Source of the DNA: a virus
IMG/VR virus record: IMGVR_UViG_3300022562_000124
Coordinates: 15,699 to 79,698 of that record
Strand: one strand, 5' to 3'
Length of the DNA: 64,000 nt
Positions 19,871 to 29,599 of this stretch are shown piece after piece (positions within the stretch are counted from its first letter, which is position 1; each line of letters begins with the position of its first letter). A program made the translations under genes and the position numbers. The notes under the pieces are model-generated. The model was not told where the DNA came from. It searched no databases and saw only the letters and a list, made by a program, of their open reading frames with translations.

Positions 19871-20411
19871 CCTTAATCACCATTAACTTGATATAGACTT
19901 CATCGATAATATTGTTGTGTTGTTCGATATACTCTTCAGCTTCTTCCTTTGGAATCTGCTCGAATCTTTCTCTGTATTTTTCTACAGGACGATAGTTATA
20001 ACTAACAACTTCAAAGTCTACTTCAAGGTAATGGGCGAGTCTGGTGCAATGTACGTTTTGACGCTTGGCAAGATCACAGTACTTCATACCAAGCATCTTC
20101 ATACCGTCAACCGTAATAGGTCTTCTATGTGTAGGATCGCTGAAGAAATCGTCATGTCTGTGATGAGGAACATGTACGTGAACGATTGCCTTGTCACGGC
20201 AAATACGGTATAACTCCTTTAGACAGTGAAAGTATCCTTCTCCCAAATGCTCAAGCACGTGAGAGGCAATGACAATATCTACACTGCTATCTTCAAATGG
20301 GAATGTGTCGGTTTCCAGATTGAAAGTATAATCTGGCTTTGTCTTGGGATCATAGTCGCATGTAACAAATCCGTCAATACGCTGATCACCAGCGCCAATA
20401 ATAATTTTCAT
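19863..20411 (-). CDS. SAM-dependent methyltransferase (type 11-like)
   Basis: IGAG....G...D, PFEDSSVD.V.ASHVLEH, E.YR.C..G/A....VP, DPTH; start at ATG 20411 with GGAG RBS. Confidence 0.88.
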   Translation of the reverse strand: MKIIIGAGDQRIDGFVTCDYDPKTKPDYTFNLETDTFPFEDSSVDIVIASHVLEHLGEGYFHCLKELYRICRDKAIVHVHVPHHRHDDFFSDPTHRRPITVDGMKMLGMKYCDLAKRQNVHCTRLAHYLEVDFEVVSYNYRPVEKYRERFEQIPKEEAEEYIEQHNNIIDEVYIKLMVIKDE

Positions 20412-20443
20412 AGGTGACTCCATAATAACTATGTGTCACCTAT
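20410..20443 (-). promoter_or_regulatory. RNA hairpin overlapping late promoter and occluding RBS/start of methyltransferase
   Basis: mRNA ATAGGTGAC-A-CATA-gttat-TATG-GA-GTCACCTAT-G: 9-bp plus 4-bp stem. Confidence 0.65.
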
Positions 20444-20448
20444 TTATA
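20441..20448 (-). promoter_or_regulatory. T4-type late promoter TATAAATA driving the modification-enzyme operon (20411 to 13677)
   Basis: Exact match directly after RCC1 gene stop. Confidence 0.8.
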
Positions 20449-21813
20449 TCATGAATTGGGGAAACCGTTCAACCCTACAGTGAACAATCCTGTAATCGAT
20501 GCTGAAACGTCTGCCCATCTAGTAGAACAACTGATTCTACATGGGCATACAATATTTAGGTTAGTTACTGCACAATTTAGTTGTGTGGAGTTGTTGCCCC
20601 ATCCCCATAGTGAACCATCTTTTTTGATGGCCATTCCATAATTGCTTATGCCTGTTGGCGAGTTTCCACCCGCAGAAACCTTACACCATTCTGTTGATTT
20701 TAGAACTTCTTGTACAGGTGACGAGACTGATGTAATACCGGAATTACCAAGAGCATAACAAACTCCATTGCCCCAGCCCCACATTGTACCGTCTTTTTTC
20801 AGCGCAATTGTAAATGCGGGGGTGGAAGAAACATCACACCAGTTTGTTGATGAGCTAATTTCTCTTACTGGTGAAGATTTTGCAATGACAGAGTTATCAC
20901 CAAGTTGTCCACAAGTATTCTGTCCCCATGACCACAATGAACCGTCTGTTTTAATTCCGACTGATGCACTTATTTTGCACCAATTACTGGATAATGAAGC
21001 TTCTCTTACTGGTGAAGACTTTGATAATGCTGTACCATCGCCTAATCTTCCAGTAGTTCCGTTACCCCATGACCATAGTGATCCATCTACCTTTAATGCT
21101 GTTGCGTGTGTTTCTCCTGAAGCTATTGCACACCAGCTATTACCAAAGGTCACTTCACGAGTCGGGGAAGACCTGCTTGAAACAGTACCGTCACCAAGTT
21201 GTCCTGATGAATTTAGTCCCCATCCCCATAGAGAATTGTCTTTTTTTAGAGCAAGTGTAAAGTCTGTTCCCGCAGATACTTGACACCAATTGTTCGAAGA
21301 ACTGGCCTCTCTCACTGGACTATTGTATGCTGCAAGAGCAGTATTTACGCCAAGAGAACCACTTGTGTTGGTGCCCCAACTCCATAAAGTACCATCAGAC
21401 TTCACAGCAGTCACATGTGTCACACCAGCAGATATATGCCACCATTTATTATCACACGTTACTTCAGTATCTACTATTAGCTGATTTGTGTTTGTTCCTG
21501 TTCCCAATTGACCAGAAGAGTTAACACCCCACGCATACAGTCTTGCGCCGAGTTTGTCAAGCTTTCTACCGTCGATACCTTCCCAAGAAACACCAGTGTA
21601 AATTACATAATTTTTAATTTCATCAACATAGTACAAAATGCCTTCAGTGATAAAGGTTGTTTGTGGATTTGGTAATTCTGCAAGAGTATCAACATAGTAT
21701 GCTCTGTTTTGTGTAGTTGCTTTAATTTGCGCCGCCAAGACAGGGATAGTACCAGCTTGGTCGCTGTATGCTAGTCGATCTACGCAAACTTGCAATTCAT
21801 CAGTAGTTGGCAT
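20449..21813 (-). CDS. RCC1-repeat beta-propeller protein (copy 6 in transcription order)
   Basis: ~53-aa repeats WC..SAG..HT.A.K.DG.LW.WG.N..GQLGD....SSPVRE. Confidence 0.93.
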   Translation of the reverse strand: MPTTDELQVCVDRLAYSDQAGTIPVLAAQIKATTQNRAYYVDTLAELPNPQTTFITEGILYYVDEIKNYVIYTGVSWEGIDGRKLDKLGARLYAWGVNSSGQLGTGTNTNQLIVDTEVTCDNKWWHISAGVTHVTAVKSDGTLWSWGTNTSGSLGVNTALAAYNSPVREASSSNNWCQVSAGTDFTLALKKDNSLWGWGLNSSGQLGDGTVSSRSSPTREVTFGNSWCAIASGETHATALKVDGSLWSWGNGTTGRLGDGTALSKSSPVREASLSSNWCKISASVGIKTDGSLWSWGQNTCGQLGDNSVIAKSSPVREISSSTNWCDVSSTPAFTIALKKDGTMWGWGNGVCYALGNSGITSVSSPVQEVLKSTEWCKVSAGGNSPTGISNYGMAIKKDGSLWGWGNNSTQLNCAVTNLNIVCPCRISCSTRWADVSASITGLFTVGLNGFPNS

Positions 21814-21822
21814 GTCTAATCC

Positions 21823-23178
21823 TTAAAATGTTCTAATTTTTCTAGCAAGAGTGAACGCACAACCAGCAGATACGCTTACCCAATTTGATGCAGAAGTGGA
21901 CTCTCTCACTGGTGAGCTTTTGGCGTTAACAGTTCCATCGCCAAGCTGGCCGCAGAAATTATTGCCCCATGTCCATAGTGATCCATCTGTTTTGATTGCG
22001 GCAACAAAACAATTTCCTGTACTGACTTGACACCAGTTGGTTGATGAGCTAATCTCTCTTACAGGAGAAGATTTTGAAATAATAGTATTGATTCCAAGCT
22101 GTCCACAGGCATTGTCTCCCCATGTCCATAGTGATCCATCTGTTTTAAGCGCAGCAACAACCCTACACTTACTAGAAACAGCACACCAATTACTAGAAGA
22201 AGACGCTTCTCTTACTGGCGACGATTTGTTGACGACTGTATTATCACCAAGCTGTCCACAACCATTCCATCCCCATACCCATAGTGAGCCATCCGTTTTA
22301 ATAGCATATCCTGTGCCTTGTCCAGCAGCCAAGGCACACCAGTTGGTTGACAAACTCGATTCTTGCACAGGAGAAGATTTTGATATAGTTGTATTGTCGC
22401 CAAGATGACCAACACTGTTTGCTCCCCAACTATACAATTTGTTGTCTGTAGTTATACCCATACTATGTTCATAACCAGCAGCTATGTCTTTCCATAATAG
22501 ACCGCCAATGACCTGTACTGGTAATGATCTAACAATAACTGTTCCATCACCCAAAAGACCTGTAGTATTGCAACCCCATGTCCATAAGGTTCCATCATTT
22601 TTTAATGCCATTGTGTGCTGGCATCCGTGGCTGGCTTTTACCCAATTGCAGCTATAAGTTTTTTCTTGGCATGGGCGATCACCAAACCCACCAAGAAAAT
22701 TTAATGCCAACTGTCCGCAGATATTATTGCCCCAAGACCACAGTGTTCCGTTTTCTCTAATGAAGGAACCAAACAATTCACCAGCAGCTATGCTCTTTAC
22801 GTCTTTATCTCTTGGTGGCTCTTGAATAGGAGTATATGACGTATATGCGCCACCAAGAGCATAACATCTATTGTCGCCCCAAGACCACATCTGTTTTTGT
22901 GTAGTATCGCTGAGAAGAATAATATTTGCCGAATATATCCCACCACCAGTTTCAGTATTGGTTACGTAGTATAATCTGCCCTCCTGAACAACATAATATA
23001 GTCTACCATTAGCGGCAGTAGAAATATCAGTATAGGTATTGACTGTTGTGATCGTGCCCATTCTGAGTTGTTCGATAGCTTTTGCATAATACAATGCTTC
23101 TTTCTGCGAAAAGGCACAGTTTTTCATTTTATATGATAAAACATCGATTATGTTTGCAACATTAATTGTATCTGTCAT
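21823..23178 (-). CDS. RCC1-repeat beta-propeller protein (copy 5)
   Basis: Same RCC1 blade repeats. Confidence 0.93.
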   Translation of the reverse strand: MTDTINVANIIDVLSYKMKNCAFSQKEALYYAKAIEQLRMGTITTVNTYTDISTAANGRLYYVVQEGRLYYVTNTETGGGIYSANIILLSDTTQKQMWSWGDNRCYALGGAYTSYTPIQEPPRDKDVKSIAAGELFGSFIRENGTLWSWGNNICGQLALNFLGGFGDRPCQEKTYSCNWVKASHGCQHTMALKNDGTLWTWGCNTTGLLGDGTVIVRSLPVQVIGGLLWKDIAAGYEHSMGITTDNKLYSWGANSVGHLGDNTTISKSSPVQESSLSTNWCALAAGQGTGYAIKTDGSLWVWGWNGCGQLGDNTVVNKSSPVREASSSSNWCAVSSKCRVVAALKTDGSLWTWGDNACGQLGINTIISKSSPVREISSSTNWCQVSTGNCFVAAIKTDGSLWTWGNNFCGQLGDGTVNAKSSPVRESTSASNWVSVSAGCAFTLARKIRTF

Positions 23179-24557
23179 ACACAGTAACCTTGAACTACTT
23201 TCTTAATAGCATGACCAGCGGTATAATATCCACGACCCATTGCCATAGTTATCCAATTGTTTGATTTGGTATATTCTTGTACAGGGGAAGAATATACAGT
23301 ATAATGCTTTTGTCCTAACATAAGATTACCATACGCATTACATCCCCATCCCCATAGTGTACCATCTTGTTTTAATCCAAAAACACTAGATATACCACCA
23401 ACTACCTTTGCCCAATTGTTAGAACTGGTAATTTCTCTCACTGGCGAACTGCGGTTAATTACATCGCCTGTTCCAAGAGTCCCGGCAGCGTTGCATCCCC
23501 ATGACCATAGCGAACCATCTTTTTTAATAGCGTGTGCTGCGGTGCCATAACTGGATGCAACACTGGTCCAGTTAGTTGACAAACTCACTTCCTGTACAGG
23601 TGAAGATTTACTAACTATCGTATTGTCTCCAAGAAGACCACAAGCAGCAAACCCCCACGACCATAGGGTTCCATTTGTCTTGATAGCGTGAGTTACGATT
23701 CCACCAGCAGCAACGGCGCACCAGTTGTTTGAACTGGTGATTTCTCTGGTTGGTACGTATTTAATTACAATACTGTTGTCTCCAATTTCACCGCAAGTAT
23801 TCTGCCCCCATCCCCATAGTGAACCATCTTTTTTAACTGCCATGACATGGCATCTACCAACGCTCACGGCGCACCAGTTGTTTGAACTGGTAAATTCTCT
23901 AGTGGGGGTACAGAAAGATATTCCACCACCATTATAATTGTTTCCTAAAGTTCCACCGGCTGCGGACCCCCATGTCCATAGAGAACCATCAATTTTGATG
24001 GCAGAACTGACACAACTGCCCGCAGAAATTGTACACCAGTCATTTGATTGTAGTGCTTCTCTACTCGGCCCATATTTTATATTGTTTGAGGTATTATCTC
24101 CAACTTGACCAGTAGTATTCCATCCCCATCCCCATAACGAACCATCTTTTTTTAGTGCTAACGAGTGATCCGCTCCACTAGAAATTTCTGTCCACTGATC
24201 TTCTGTATTGCCTATTCTTGTAAGTGTATTATGTGAGGTTCCCGGTGTCTGCCCAATGATTCCGCAGAGATTATTAGTGCCATTAACTCCATATAATATA
24301 TATCCTTCTGTCCCTTTAGAATTTGTGTCAGACGACCAAGCAGTGCCTTTACTATAGTAGTATGCTTTAGTCGGACCATCACAATATGCCACAAGACCTG
24401 TGCAATCAGACGGCAAAGCACCGTCAATTTTTTTCACAGGAATATTCATTATGATATTATTTGCATTTTCAAGTTGACATGACTCTAAAGCAGATATGGA
24501 CGTATTCGCCAATCTATCATTTATTTCTGATTTTATTGATCCTAAACTAATTGTCAT
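23175..24557 (-). CDS. RCC1-repeat beta-propeller protein (copy 4)
   Basis: Same RCC1 blade repeats. Confidence 0.93.
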   Translation of the reverse strand: MTISLGSIKSEINDRLANTSISALESCQLENANNIIMNIPVKKIDGALPSDCTGLVAYCDGPTKAYYYSKGTAWSSDTNSKGTEGYILYGVNGTNNLCGIIGQTPGTSHNTLTRIGNTEDQWTEISSGADHSLALKKDGSLWGWGWNTTGQVGDNTSNNIKYGPSREALQSNDWCTISAGSCVSSAIKIDGSLWTWGSAAGGTLGNNYNGGGISFCTPTREFTSSNNWCAVSVGRCHVMAVKKDGSLWGWGQNTCGEIGDNSIVIKYVPTREITSSNNWCAVAAGGIVTHAIKTNGTLWSWGFAACGLLGDNTIVSKSSPVQEVSLSTNWTSVASSYGTAAHAIKKDGSLWSWGCNAAGTLGTGDVINRSSPVREITSSNNWAKVVGGISSVFGLKQDGTLWGWGCNAYGNLMLGQKHYTVYSSPVQEYTKSNNWITMAMGRGYYTAGHAIKKVVQGYCV

Positions 24558-24561
24558 TTTA

Positions 24562-25983
24562 TTATCTACCCGGAATACACGTTGATGAGTTTATACCAAC
24601 TATATTAATGCTACTGTTTTCATGCTGGGATAGTGATATGGTTTTCCATCCATTAAAATATCTTGTTATCCATAGACGACACGTTGCACTAAGACCACCC
24701 GTTAAAGAACAGAGTCCACCAGAGTTGCCGTAGAGCCACGCATTACTGGTAGTGTCTGTATCAAGTGCTTGAGCATAAAGTATGCCATCACAGGTTATTG
24801 CGTTTGTTGCAGCAAAACCAGCACTAACCATCTTCCATGTATTGAGATTGGTTGCTTCTCTTACGGGTGATGAAGACATAGTAACACTCGAAAAACATGC
24901 GTTTCCCCACATCCACAAAGAACCATCCGATTTAATTGCAACAGAATGGCAATAACCGGCACTTACTTGGCACCATGTATTATCATTTGTGGTCTCTCTT
25001 ACAGGGGTGCATCGATCTATAGCACTGTTGTCTCCAAGCTGACCACAAACATTCCATCCCCATCCCCATAGTGAACCATCTTTTTTAATTGCTAATGTGT
25101 GAAACCCGCCGACAGAAACTTGATACCAGTTAGAGCTTGATGTTGCTTCTCTTACTGGCACTCTTGCTACTATGGTGGTACCAGTACCCAACTTTCCACA
25201 AGCATTCCATCCCCAAGACCACAATGAACCATCGGTTTTGATCGCGGCTGTGCTACAGTTTCCTGCACTAACTTGACACCAGTTTGAGGATATAGTACCT
25301 TCTCTTGTAGGAGTGGTTTTACATACTGTTGTACCATCGCCAAGCTGACCACAAATATTTGATCCCCATGCCCATAGCGAACCATCCGTTTTAATTGCAG
25401 CAGTATGCCATGAACCAGCAGCGATTTGACACCAGTTTGTTGATGATGTTGCTTCTCTTACAGGAGAAGAATAACAAGTAAAATCATTAGTGCCTAATTG
25501 TCCGAAATTATTAATGCCCCATGTCCACAGAGAACCATCAGATTTTAGTCCTACGGTATGTTGATGACCAGCAGACGCCTGTGCCCAATTTGTGGAATTT
25601 GTCGCTTCTCTAGTATTAAATGGAACAATACCAGTGCAATTCACACCAGAAGAGCCACAAATATTACAACCCCAACCATAAAGCGCATCTACTTTACAAA
25701 ACTGCATTTTTCTGCCGTCAAGCCCGATATACTCATTTCCGCTAACGGTAACTGGAATGCCCATATCATTGACATAAATTATTTGGCCATTTGCCAATGG
25801 TGTTGCAGAAAGAATAGGAAGAGTTGTCAATGCTGCGTTGGCAGTAAATTTAGTATTTGCTCTACAAGCACCGTAAGCCAGAACGCTAATGTCCTCATGT
25901 GATTCAGTCACAGGAGTAACGTTCTGGTCTTCTATAATAGTTTGAAATCTATTATCAATACTTGTCTTACTGACGTTTGACAC
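24562..25983 (-). CDS. RCC1-repeat beta-propeller protein (copy 3)
   Basis: Same RCC1 blade repeats; GTG start with AAGGA RBS. Confidence 0.93.
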   Translation of the reverse strand: MSNVSKTSIDNRFQTIIEDQNVTPVTESHEDISVLAYGACRANTKFTANAALTTLPILSATPLANGQIIYVNDMGIPVTVSGNEYIGLDGRKMQFCKVDALYGWGCNICGSSGVNCTGIVPFNTREATNSTNWAQASAGHQHTVGLKSDGSLWTWGINNFGQLGTNDFTCYSSPVREATSSTNWCQIAAGSWHTAAIKTDGSLWAWGSNICGQLGDGTTVCKTTPTREGTISSNWCQVSAGNCSTAAIKTDGSLWSWGWNACGKLGTGTTIVARVPVREATSSSNWYQVSVGGFHTLAIKKDGSLWGWGWNVCGQLGDNSAIDRCTPVRETTNDNTWCQVSAGYCHSVAIKSDGSLWMWGNACFSSVTMSSSPVREATNLNTWKMVSAGFAATNAITCDGILYAQALDTDTTSNAWLYGNSGGLCSLTGGLSATCRLWITRYFNGWKTISLSQHENSSINIVGINSSTCIPGR

Positions 25984-25995
25984 TATCGTATATCC

Positions 25996-26619
25996 TTATT
26001 CAATAACAATCGCATCAAGTTCTTGAAGTGTAGTTGCAGAATCAATCTCATCAGATTTATCAGATTCCCAATCAAAACAACTTTGTACATATAATGCGCC
26101 AGCATTGACTGCAATGCCTAATTCTGTTTTATTTATAGTCAACCATCCTTCAGGGAATTTCCACTTGACAGTATCGCCATCATTCATTATAGCATACTTT
26201 TGAACAAAAATGTCACGCGATCCTCTATTGGTGTCTACTGTAACTTCGATACCTTGGATTGTTACCTTAGTGCCAGCGATTTCTTTTTCATATCTTTTTG
26301 CCGCTGTGAGTGCTTTAAGGTCTCCCTTGACGAATTCAATCTCTTTATCTTTTACGAGAAATGATGCTACTGCCTTATCGCCTGTCAAATCCCAGAAAGG
26401 ACCATAAGTCATCTGAATCTTAGGATTAAATTCTGGTGGAGCAGATTCATCATATTCACAAATTCTTGTGTTTTCATCAATGACAAAAGGCATAGCACTT
26501 GGAATGCCAGAAGGAACGCTTGCCTGAATATTTTCTTTTGACAAGGCATAAACAAACATACCATAATCCCAATTGATCGGTCCAGTGATCACAGTATTGT
26601 TATGAATAAGAACGTACAT
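25996..26619 (-). CDS. DUF4376-like fibre-associated/chaperone protein
   Basis: A.KRYEKE..G, V.T.R.SR, WKF..GW..., V..CF.WE...I..A.T..EL; AGGAG RBS. Confidence 0.7.
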   Translation of the reverse strand: MYVLIHNNTVITGPINWDYGMFVYALSKENIQASVPSGIPSAMPFVIDENTRICEYDESAPPEFNPKIQMTYGPFWDLTGDKAVASFLVKDKEIEFVKGDLKALTAAKRYEKEIAGTKVTIQGIEVTVDTNRGSRDIFVQKYAIMNDGDTVKWKFPEGWLTINKTELGIAVNAGALYVQSCFDWESDKSDEIDSATTLQELDAIVIE

Positions 26620-26634
26620 TTAAATTGCTCCTAG

Positions 26635-27975
26635 TTAATCTCTAATTAGTCCGAGTGCGTGGGATGATCCGGCAGATGTTTCGCTCCATCCAAGTGAGCG
26701 TCTTGCTTCTTGACAAGGGGTTAATGTAATGGGAGATACACAATTTGATCCAGTTTGTCCTCTATTATTTTCGCCCCATCCCCACAGTGATTTATCTGTT
26801 CTTATCGCTGTAGTAAAACAATATCCGGCTGATACTGAGCACCAATTTGTGAATGAACATGCTTCTCTTACAGGAGAAGATTTACTTTGGTCTAAACCAT
26901 ACGAAAAGGTACCCAATTGCCCACAGCAGTTGTCGCCCCATGCCCACAACGAACCGTCTGTTTTAAGTGCAGCGAAGAACGCATATCCGCCGCTCACTTG
27001 ACACCAGTTTGTTGATGAGCTAATCTCTCTTACAGGTGTTGACTTACTTACTACAGTTCCATCGCCAAGCTGACCACATCCATTCCATCCCCATGTCCAA
27101 AGTGATCCATCCGATTTAATAGCCGCAGTTGACCATTGTGATGTTCCTACATAGCACCATGCAGAAGAAGTTGATTCACGAACAGGAGAGGATTTATCTA
27201 CAATTGTGTTGTCACCAAGTTGACCACAATTATTCAGACCCCATGTCCACAAAGAACCATCGGTTTTAATCGCGGCAGTATGATAGTACTGACTAACTCG
27301 ACACCAATTTGTTGATGCAGAAATTTCTTGAACAGGAGAAGAACGATCCACAGTCGTACCATCGCCAAGCTGACCTCTTCCATTACATCCCCATGTCCAC
27401 AGTGTGCCATCCGTTTTAATAGCCACAGCCGAATATGATCCAACAGCCACCCTTGACCAGTTGGTTGATGAGCTAATCTCTCTTACAGGAACCTGAGAAT
27501 CATTATTGTTATTTGTTGCTAGAACCCCGCAAGAATTCTGTCCCCATGACCACAGTGTACCATCTGTTTTAATAGCAGCAGATGAATTTAATCCAGCATA
27601 TACTGCATTCCAACGGGTGTTTGCTGTTGATTCTTGTGTTGGATACACTTTTTGTAGTTGACTGTTGTCACCAACTTGTCCATAGTCATTCCATCCCCAT
27701 CCGTATATGATGTTTTGTGGAACAGCAGATGACGCAAATGAATTCCACACAGAACCATTAGACCAGTACATAGTCTTTTCTTGTTCTGCAAAATATAGTC
27801 TACCTTCGTTTGAAGAAGCGGCAGGTAATGATGCAACGTTTGATGATGTAAACACGATATTGGTATTCACATGAGCAATTGCTTTTGCGTCTATCAGAAT
27901 TTCGAGACTTGTAGAGTTTGTGTTTGCTGTTTTGTTTCCAACCGCAAGCTCTAAATTGCTAACATTAATTGTCAT
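26635..27975 (-). CDS. RCC1-repeat beta-propeller protein (copy 2)
   Basis: Same RCC1 blade repeats. Confidence 0.93.
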   Translation of the reverse strand: MTINVSNLELAVGNKTANTNSTSLEILIDAKAIAHVNTNIVFTSSNVASLPAASSNEGRLYFAEQEKTMYWSNGSVWNSFASSAVPQNIIYGWGWNDYGQVGDNSQLQKVYPTQESTANTRWNAVYAGLNSSAAIKTDGTLWSWGQNSCGVLATNNNNDSQVPVREISSSTNWSRVAVGSYSAVAIKTDGTLWTWGCNGRGQLGDGTTVDRSSPVQEISASTNWCRVSQYYHTAAIKTDGSLWTWGLNNCGQLGDNTIVDKSSPVRESTSSAWCYVGTSQWSTAAIKSDGSLWTWGWNGCGQLGDGTVVSKSTPVREISSSTNWCQVSGGYAFFAALKTDGSLWAWGDNCCGQLGTFSYGLDQSKSSPVREACSFTNWCSVSAGYCFTTAIRTDKSLWGWGENNRGQTGSNCVSPITLTPCQEARRSLGWSETSAGSSHALGLIRD

Positions 27976-29318
27976 GGCTGTCCAAAGAATCCTCTAGTTG
28001 TAACTGTTTTAAGACCAATCGTAACTGAACCTGCCGAGCTTACGCTAGACCAGTTATTTGACAAAGTAGATTCTCTTACTGGTGATGATCTATTTGTGAT
28101 AGTGCCATCTCCAAGTTGACTGCAAGAATTGTCGCCCCATGCCCATAGTGACCCGTCTTTCTTTATGGCTTTGGTTCCTGATACAACACACCACGTAGTA
28201 GACGATGTTATTTCTTGAACGGGTGATGATCTATTTGCATCACTATTGTTTCCAATCTGCCCTTCCAAACCATATCCCCATGACCATAGGGTTCCATTTG
28301 TCTTAATTGCAGTCATTGTGTTTCCTACACCAGAAACACATTTCCAGTTCGAAGAAGAAGTGACTTCTCTAGTAGGAGTGCATTTATCAACAATAGTATT
28401 GTCGGCAAGCTGCCCATATAAGTTGCGTCCCCATGACCATAGTGAGCCGTCTGTCTTAATTGCAGAAATAGATGATCCACCATAGCTAAGTGCACACCAA
28501 TTTGTTGATAGTGTTGATTCTTGTGTTGGTGTACATTTAGCAACTGTAGTTCCATCGCCAAGTTGCCCATATGTATTCTGACCCCACGACCACAATGTTC
28601 CGTCTGATTTTATAGCAGACACTGAGTCGATTGTTGCACCAGCACTAATCCAATTGGTGCTGCCAGTATACTCTTGAACGGGAGTACATTTTGTAGATGC
28701 AGTGCCGTCTCCTAATACACCATTGATACCAAAACCCCATGACCACAAGGTTCCGTCTGATTTAATACCTATGCCAGTAACACCGGTATTATATACTCTA
28801 CACCAATTTGTTGATTGTGAGTATTCTTGTACTGGTGTATATCTGTTTACATAGCTACCATCCCCAAGCTGTCCGAAATCATTTCTTCCCCATCCCCATA
28901 GAGTGCCATCGCCTTTGATAGCATAGGTAGATTCCCCGCTAGTAGTTACAGAATACCAAGTATTGGCACCAGTGAATTCTTGCACAGGAACAGAATAGTA
29001 GCCACCGATATTCCCGTTTGTTCCTATTACACCGCAAACATTTGATCCAAAACCATAGACTTGGTTACTTACGAGTGTAGTATCAAAATTATTGGTCCAT
29101 GTCAATCCATCGGAATAACGATAACCGCCGATATCACAGACATAGAACATTCTTCCTTTGTTTAAAGAAGCATCAGGAAGTGAGCTAACGTTTGCCACAG
29201 TTGCAGCACCACCATTATTGATAGCATCATAAACACCCAGAATCTGAGCAGTCTGGATTGGATTTGAAGTGGTAATAGTGGTATTCGCTAAACGAATAAT
29301 ATCTGCAACTGGAATCAT
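27972..29318 (-). CDS. RCC1-repeat beta-propeller protein (copy 1)
   Basis: Same RCC1 blade repeats. Confidence 0.93.
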   Translation of the reverse strand: MIPVADIIRLANTTITTSNPIQTAQILGVYDAINNGGAATVANVSSLPDASLNKGRMFYVCDIGGYRYSDGLTWTNNFDTTLVSNQVYGFGSNVCGVIGTNGNIGGYYSVPVQEFTGANTWYSVTTSGESTYAIKGDGTLWGWGRNDFGQLGDGSYVNRYTPVQEYSQSTNWCRVYNTGVTGIGIKSDGTLWSWGFGINGVLGDGTASTKCTPVQEYTGSTNWISAGATIDSVSAIKSDGTLWSWGQNTYGQLGDGTTVAKCTPTQESTLSTNWCALSYGGSSISAIKTDGSLWSWGRNLYGQLADNTIVDKCTPTREVTSSSNWKCVSGVGNTMTAIKTNGTLWSWGYGLEGQIGNNSDANRSSPVQEITSSTTWCVVSGTKAIKKDGSLWAWGDNSCSQLGDGTITNRSSPVRESTLSNNWSSVSSAGSVTIGLKTVTTRGFFGQP

Positions 29319-29319
29319 C

Positions 29320-29559
29320 TTATAGTCCTAGTAGAGCGATTGTTCTAGCGTACTCGTCTTCGGCAATACCAGTTGAACCGGTGTAGCCAAAGCCAGCAGA
29401 ACCAGTGTAGCCATTAGTACCAGCAGAACCAGTGTAACCGATAAGAGTAGTTGAAGTAATGCGCCATACACCGTATGCGGCATTATATGTCCAAGTGGTA
29501 GAACCACTGGTATATGTCTGTCCATCTACGGGTGATGGCGGAAAATCTAAAGCAGCCAT
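29320..29559 (-). CDS. Small structural/fibre-linker protein (FP.SP..GQ.Y...W.Y...VW domain plus short GYTGS tract)
   Basis: N-terminus paralogous to 29600..30697; GAGG RBS. Confidence 0.7.
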   Translation of the reverse strand: MAALDFPPSPVDGQTYTSGSTTWTYNAAYGVWRITSTTLIGYTGSAGTNGYTGSAGFGYTGSTGIAEDEYARTIALLGL

Positions 29560-29587
29560 TAGTTAAACCTCTTGAATAATATTCTTC

Positions 29588-29595
29588 TATTTATA
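29588..29595 (-). promoter_or_regulatory. T4-type late promoter TATAAATA upstream of RCC1 array
   Basis: Exact intergenic match. Confidence 0.8.
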
Positions 29596-29599
29596 ATGA

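Noticed and set aside
20449-29318. Diversity-generating retroelement acting on RCC1 genes
   Set aside because: No reverse transcriptase in the window, no intergenic template repeat, and no adenine-specific mismatch pattern seen; the repeats are in-frame blade paralogs
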